Shown here: positions 59,547-64,000 of the stretch, piece by piece
How the letters are laid out: the number at the start of each line of letters is the position of its first letter
How positions within the stretch are numbered: the first letter of the stretch is position 1
Assembly (NCBI GenBank): GCA_047495785.1
Contig: JBLDXI010000015.1
Span: 3,968,001-4,032,000 of the forward strand
Length of the DNA stretch: 64,000 nt
Reading direction: 5' to 3'
Source of the DNA: Lepidodermella squamata
Taxonomy: Eukaryota > Animalia > Gastrotricha
Notes under the pieces: model-generated
The model's input: the letters and a program-made list of their open reading frames with translations, nothing else
Told to the model about the DNA's origin: nothing
The model's database searches: none
Program-made: the position numbers and the translations under genes

Positions 59547-60254
59547 GATGTATACGCCGTTTTTCAGTGTCGAATTCTAAAATTTTCCTCTCTTCGCTCG
59601 CGTTCAGTTTCACCCGGGATTTCATCAATTTCGAGCGCGGTGCCATCAAAAAGAAAAACAATTAGAACATGCAATCAATTTGTAATAGCTCAATAAATTG
59701 CACCAAATCCCAACCATGGTGTCCTACGAGCCATTCTCATAGGACACTGCTGTGTCATATGAGACAAAAAGTTTGGGAACCGCTGCCTTATGATGCGGTG
59801 CTCGACAAGACCAATTTTTATCAGACTTCGTTCAACACAAATACCCACCTGGTTGGCGGTCTTCCCCGTGGGAAAAACCAGTTTGAGTCGACCGCTTACC
59901 GACGCGACCGCGAGTAATAAATTTTGTTCTCAAGACTGTCAAGTTGTCACATTCGTCCTGTCCGATAATATGTCCCAAGTATTTCAACCTAAGTTTCTCT
60001 ATCGTACGACTCATCCATGACGTAAAAAATAAGCCTAATATCAATATTCGGAATATGGTCTATCGAGATATTCGAATATTCAAAACGCTACTGTTCATTT
60101 ATTTATCAATTAAATTGGATGCCACTTGGAAGAATAGTACATTCTTTTAACATCAAATTTGCTCAAATCAATAACGAAAATTACATTTAGCGGCCCTCGC
60201 AGCCTCGAATCGCATAGACAAATTGATTATACTCTTCGGATTACTTTAACATCC

Positions 60255-60360
60255 CAAAAAAATTACCAGGAGCGTGAATTACGAAAATGACCAATAACCC
60301 GAAATAGGACGTCACTTTTGGACAGTGCCAGGTCAATTTTTATTATTCTCAACAATAAAA
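60255..60360 (-). pseudogene. 5' remnant of a second subfamily B gene
   Basis: Aligns to 52990-53092 (signal-peptide codons plus the intergenic spacer to gene C). Confidence 0.7.
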
Positions 60361-60414
60361 TTTAAATTTACGTATTTAACGCGGCGGAAATGCGCATCAT
60401 ATGATACGATTATT

Positions 60415-61605
60415 TTAGTTCCCTTCCGAAAGCATGTGCGTGATCAATCCGAGGCTGGTTAGACTGCAAATTAAAAATGAGACGATGAGTACACATAGGT
60501 CCAGATATTGCATCCTCCTCAAGCCCTTTGATTCATCGTCCAATTTTTGCGTTATCATGTGCAGAATTTTAGGCGACGCGGCGCAGTAGGCGGTTATGAT
60601 TGTTCCGATGACGAAGAGTGTGCTAATCAATAAAACTAAGTCAATAAGCTTTGAGCTAGGCGGAATTTTCGAATCGACCAGCCCTTGTAGGACCATAAAT
60701 GCCAGTAAAACGGTGACAGCAAAACTGGCCCGATCGTTAGAATCGGGTGGAATGAGGAGAGCGGCTAGCTGGCTGATGGTGCATAGCGCACATGGGATGA
60801 AGATCGAGAAGATGAAAGGTGTTGGTTTCCGCCGAAGCCTGACGTAAAATCTGAACTTGGGATGACGATAATCGCGCCAGTTAAGGTTTGGGTCATTCAA
60901 ATCACAATTTTCCTCAATCTCTGCGATGAAATTCACAAACTCCCATATCGAATTCCCGCTCAGAAATGAGTCCTTATATTCGAAGGAAACATTAACCGAG
61001 TCGATATATGAAAGAGGGCAGTACTCATACAAGCCGAATGATATTTTGCAACTTTGCGTGTCGAATGGAAATTTTGTGAAGTCAAGATTGCACAGGGTGT
61101 ACATACTCGGCATCATGGGGTACCAGCAAACGGTGCCATTTTGCGTCACCTGGGCGTTGTTGGCGCCGTCAAACTCAGATACCGACGACTTCATAGCCAC
61201 GTTGATGTCGTCACGGTTATTAAGGTGGACGATAAATGGCTTGTAGACATTGCCTTGGAGCAGCTCCAGAAAAGGGATGTGCTTGAATTGAGGCAGATGG
61301 TCCCACCTTAGCGAGTCATCCTGGTAGTATACCTCGAGATAGTGATTTATCGCTAGCGTTGTTGTAACGTCGTCCATTTTCAGAATAACCAACGGGCGAA
61401 GAATGATGCTGAAGTGTATCGTGTGATTGCTCGATCGAATAGGCTTGTCTAACCCTGTTATTCCGGCATCCGCTCGGCGTTGCAACAGGTAATTCCTAAG
61501 TTTCGCAATGTCATTCGGCTCGAACTCGGCGTGCTGACCAAACGAAAAGTGACGTAGGCTTTGAGAAGCGAAGATTGAGAAAATTAAAAAATCAATTGCG
61601 AACAT
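60415..61605 (-). CDS. Intronless Cys-loop channel subunit C copy 2 (396 aa)
   Basis: 23 amino-acid differences from C copy 1 by manual alignment. Confidence 0.93.
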   Translation of the reverse strand: MFAIDFLIFSIFASQSLRHFSFGQHAEFEPNDIAKLRNYLLQRRADAGITGLDKPIRSSNHTIHFSIILRPLVILKMDDVTTTLAINHYLEVYYQDDSLRWDHLPQFKHIPFLELLQGNVYKPFIVHLNNRDDINVAMKSSVSEFDGANNAQVTQNGTVCWYPMMPSMYTLCNLDFTKFPFDTQSCKISFGLYEYCPLSYIDSVNVSFEYKDSFLSGNSIWEFVNFIAEIEENCDLNDPNLNWRDYRHPKFRFYVRLRRKPTPFIFSIFIPCALCTISQLAALLIPPDSNDRASFAVTVLLAFMVLQGLVDSKIPPSSKLIDLVLLISTLFVIGTIITAYCAASPKILHMITQKLDDESKGLRRMQYLDLCVLIVSFLICSLTSLGLITHMLSEGN

Positions 61606-61933
61606 CGTAATATTTTGATTTTATTGCTCAAAAAAGTTTCGCATTTTTTATTGCGCATCGGCTCGCTGTATTTTTTGAACATATTTTCCACTCGCCGGAA
61701 AAGTCAATAAAAATGGGGGAATTTATTTGATCATGACGACATCATTTATTGACCCACATTATTATCTTTTATTGACATTATAAAGAGGTAATATTTTTTG
61801 TACAAAATCATTCGGACAAAGACAAAGTCTTGCTTTCCTGGCCTCTGTCTCTAAGAAAATGAATTTAATTGGGGAAAATGAATGTTTAAAGCTAAAAATG
61901 TCCGAAATGAGATCAGTAAGGACATGAATTAAT

Positions 61934-63091
61934 TCAGCTCATCATATGGGAAACAATTGAAAGAGCGCATATAATACTAAAAGTTAAAAAGATCAAAAGC
62001 AAGGTCAAATCGAGGAAAAACATGAATCTTCGTCCTTTTCGCTCACTATTTTGCTTCCGGATCAGCCAATCGACCAAGCGAGGTGATGCGGCGCTGTATA
62101 AAGTTATCAGGGTCCCAATGATGAATTGAATAACTATTAATAGCATGATATCCGTGACCTTTGAACTAGCTGGAATTTTCTGATCAACCGCGCCCTGGAG
62201 GACCATGAAAGCCAACAGAACTTGGACTGAATAGTTAGCTCTGTCGTTAGAATTAGGCGGGATCAAGAGAGCGATTAATTGACAAATTGCAATAAAAGCA
62301 CACGGCAACAGCATTGAGAATATTGCAGCTATCGGAACTCTCCGGAGAGTGATGTGAAATTTTACCTTCGGGAAGGTAAATGTTTCCCAACTTTCGTTTC
62401 CAAAGCAGTTACGCTCAATTACAGCCCCCCTATCGTGCACTTTCCACGGCGCGTTGGTGCCTAGAAATTTAGGGTGTACATCGATGGTGACTTGGCTAAC
62501 ATGGCTAAGCGGGCAATATTCGTAAATTCCGAACGTGATATCACACCGCTGCTTGTCGAACGGAAATTTCGTGAAATCGAACTCGCAAAGCGCATTCAAG
62601 CTTTTCATCGGCGGATACCAAGTAACGTTACCGTCTGATGTTAGCAACACGTTTACAGTTCCGTCGAATTCCGACAGACCTGACTTCATCGCAGCGTGGA
62701 TGTCGTCAACATTGTTAAGTTGGACGATGAACGGCTTGTAGACATCATTTTGCAAAAAATCGAGAGTGTGAATGTGTTCGAATTCAGGTATGTAGTCCCA
62801 TCTTAGCGTTTCGTCATAATATACTATTTCTAGGTAATGATTAATTGAAATTGTCTCCGCAACATCGTCAATTCCCAGGGAAATTAGTGGCCTCATTGTC
62901 AGCTGAAATTCAATTGTTTGATTCCATTTTCGGAAAGGCTTATCCAACGCGGTGATTCCTGATTTCTCGCGTCGGGTTTTCAGGAAAGCAGCCAATCGCC
63001 CGATATCGTTGCGTTCAAGTCGCGGATCCATTGCTGTGATTAGAGACAGTAGAGGACTTGTGGCTAGCACGAATGACGTAATAAGATACAT
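61934..63091 (-). CDS. Intronless Cys-loop channel subunit D copy 2 (385 aa)
   Basis: Paralog of 54646-55803, with CEFDFTKFPFDKQRC and four TM segments. Confidence 0.93.
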   Translation of the reverse strand: MYLITSFVLATSPLLSLITAMDPRLERNDIGRLAAFLKTRREKSGITALDKPFRKWNQTIEFQLTMRPLISLGIDDVAETISINHYLEIVYYDETLRWDYIPEFEHIHTLDFLQNDVYKPFIVQLNNVDDIHAAMKSGLSEFDGTVNVLLTSDGNVTWYPPMKSLNALCEFDFTKFPFDKQRCDITFGIYEYCPLSHVSQVTIDVHPKFLGTNAPWKVHDRGAVIERNCFGNESWETFTFPKVKFHITLRRVPIAAIFSMLLPCAFIAICQLIALLIPPNSNDRANYSVQVLLAFMVLQGAVDQKIPASSKVTDIMLLIVIQFIIGTLITLYSAASPRLVDWLIRKQNSERKGRRFMFFLDLTLLLIFLTFSIICALSIVSHMMS

Positions 63092-63900
63092 TTCGACAAG
63101 GTCGAGATCAAAAAGACTGTTGACTAGGTCAGCTCAGAATATTTGCAATATTTCATGTGGGTTTGTTCCTGACAAGTGAGTGACGATGAATGAGTGCTTC
63201 AAATGTTTTTTTCTCATCGATTAAAAAAAAATTACTATTATTACTGATTTCATTTCACTTGCTATTTACCCAGGTCATATTTATTCTACCGAGATTCTAA
63301 TCGATGTTTCGTGTACCAAAAATGATGAAATTTAGGAGGAAACCGAGAATTTGAACTGCATCGTTGGAAAATTAGGATTCAAGCTGTTTACCGTTAGTTC
63401 TTTTACGCTTAAAATCGTCACTTACAACGATATCAGGGTGTAAGGGAATAAGCGAATTGCTAAATACTGCCAGCGTTTTAAAAAGCCCAGCTTAATGACA
63501 TTATTTGAAATGATCGTTTCAAAAAATAACAACATTTAAAAGGGAAAACAAAATCAAACGTTGACGTTTATGAGTGAACGAAACACAGAATTCAAATAAT
63601 GTTGGCCCACACACGGCCTCGAAGCGAAAGAAGTAATAATTGGGGTCACATTGCGGGCGGCGGCGCAGTATAATAAAACGGCGTTAGGGCCGTGCCGCGA
63701 TTTTTTCATTATGAGTCATATTCGCTTTTTGTGTAAAATGCAAACGCGTGCCGAGTGTTTTTTGCTGACGGCTCGCTCGAAAGTGTTTTGAGTCGAGCTT
63801 TCCCGGTATAAGCTGAACAGCGACGCAAAGAACGTTGAAATTCCTCGCATTTTAGCCTGTTATTTATTCAAATTTTAGATTTTCTGATTTGATTATTATC

Positions 63901-64000
63901 ATGGCTGATCAACCTGTAATCGACACGTTAATTTACCTTCCGGAAAGCCCTAACCGCCCGTTGAAAAACGACTCCACTCGAGCGTTTTGTTTGACAATGG
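63901..64000 (+). CDS. Possible start of a gene running off the window (MADQPVIDTL...)
   Basis: ATG in ATCATGG context after a GC-richer promoter-like stretch, open to the window end. No recognisable motif. Confidence 0.3.
   Translation, partial: MADQPVIDTLIYLPESPNRPLKNDSTRAFCLTM

Noticed and set aside
53123-63091. C-D duplication as a haplotype assembly artefact
   Set aside because: D1 and D2 differ at dozens of residues, the intergenic spacers have diverged and the transposon content differs, which fits true paralogy.

Overview
Gene-dense invertebrate (metazoan) genomic DNA with very short GT-AG introns (about 48-60 nt). No prokaryotic features, rRNA or CRISPR were seen. The dominant feature is a tandem expansion of highly divergent Cys-loop (pentameric ligand-gated) ion channel genes. 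Nine look intact: 11.2-13.0 kb, 13.9-15.1 kb and seven at 38.6-63.1 kb, with at least four relics among them. All lack the vicinal cysteines of nAChR alpha subunits, and eight of the nine have almost no intracellular domain. They fall into a 5-exon subfamily and an intronless subfamily with a new conserved loop B/loop C cysteine pair. One recent paralog pair differs almost only in the predicted ligand-binding strands. I read this as a candidate lineage-specific sensory (chemoreceptor-like) channel repertoire undergoing birth-and-death evolution. Two atypical Ly6 genes and a five-Sushi GPI-type protein lie next to one of the channels. Other content: a TIR-NB-ARC-ankyrin NLR-like gene; ankyrin, BTB-BACK, SOCS-box, dispanin and pseudo-peptidase-RING genes; a Methuselah/adhesion-type GPCR; a lipase with all three catalytic residues replaced; and a thiolase plus alpha/beta-hydrolase pair that was duplicated in inverted orientation and then reciprocally lost. 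Transposon relics include MULE, hAT and Tc1/pogo MITEs, LINE fragments and a tRNA-derived SINE. All assignments come from manual motif recognition; no database search was run.
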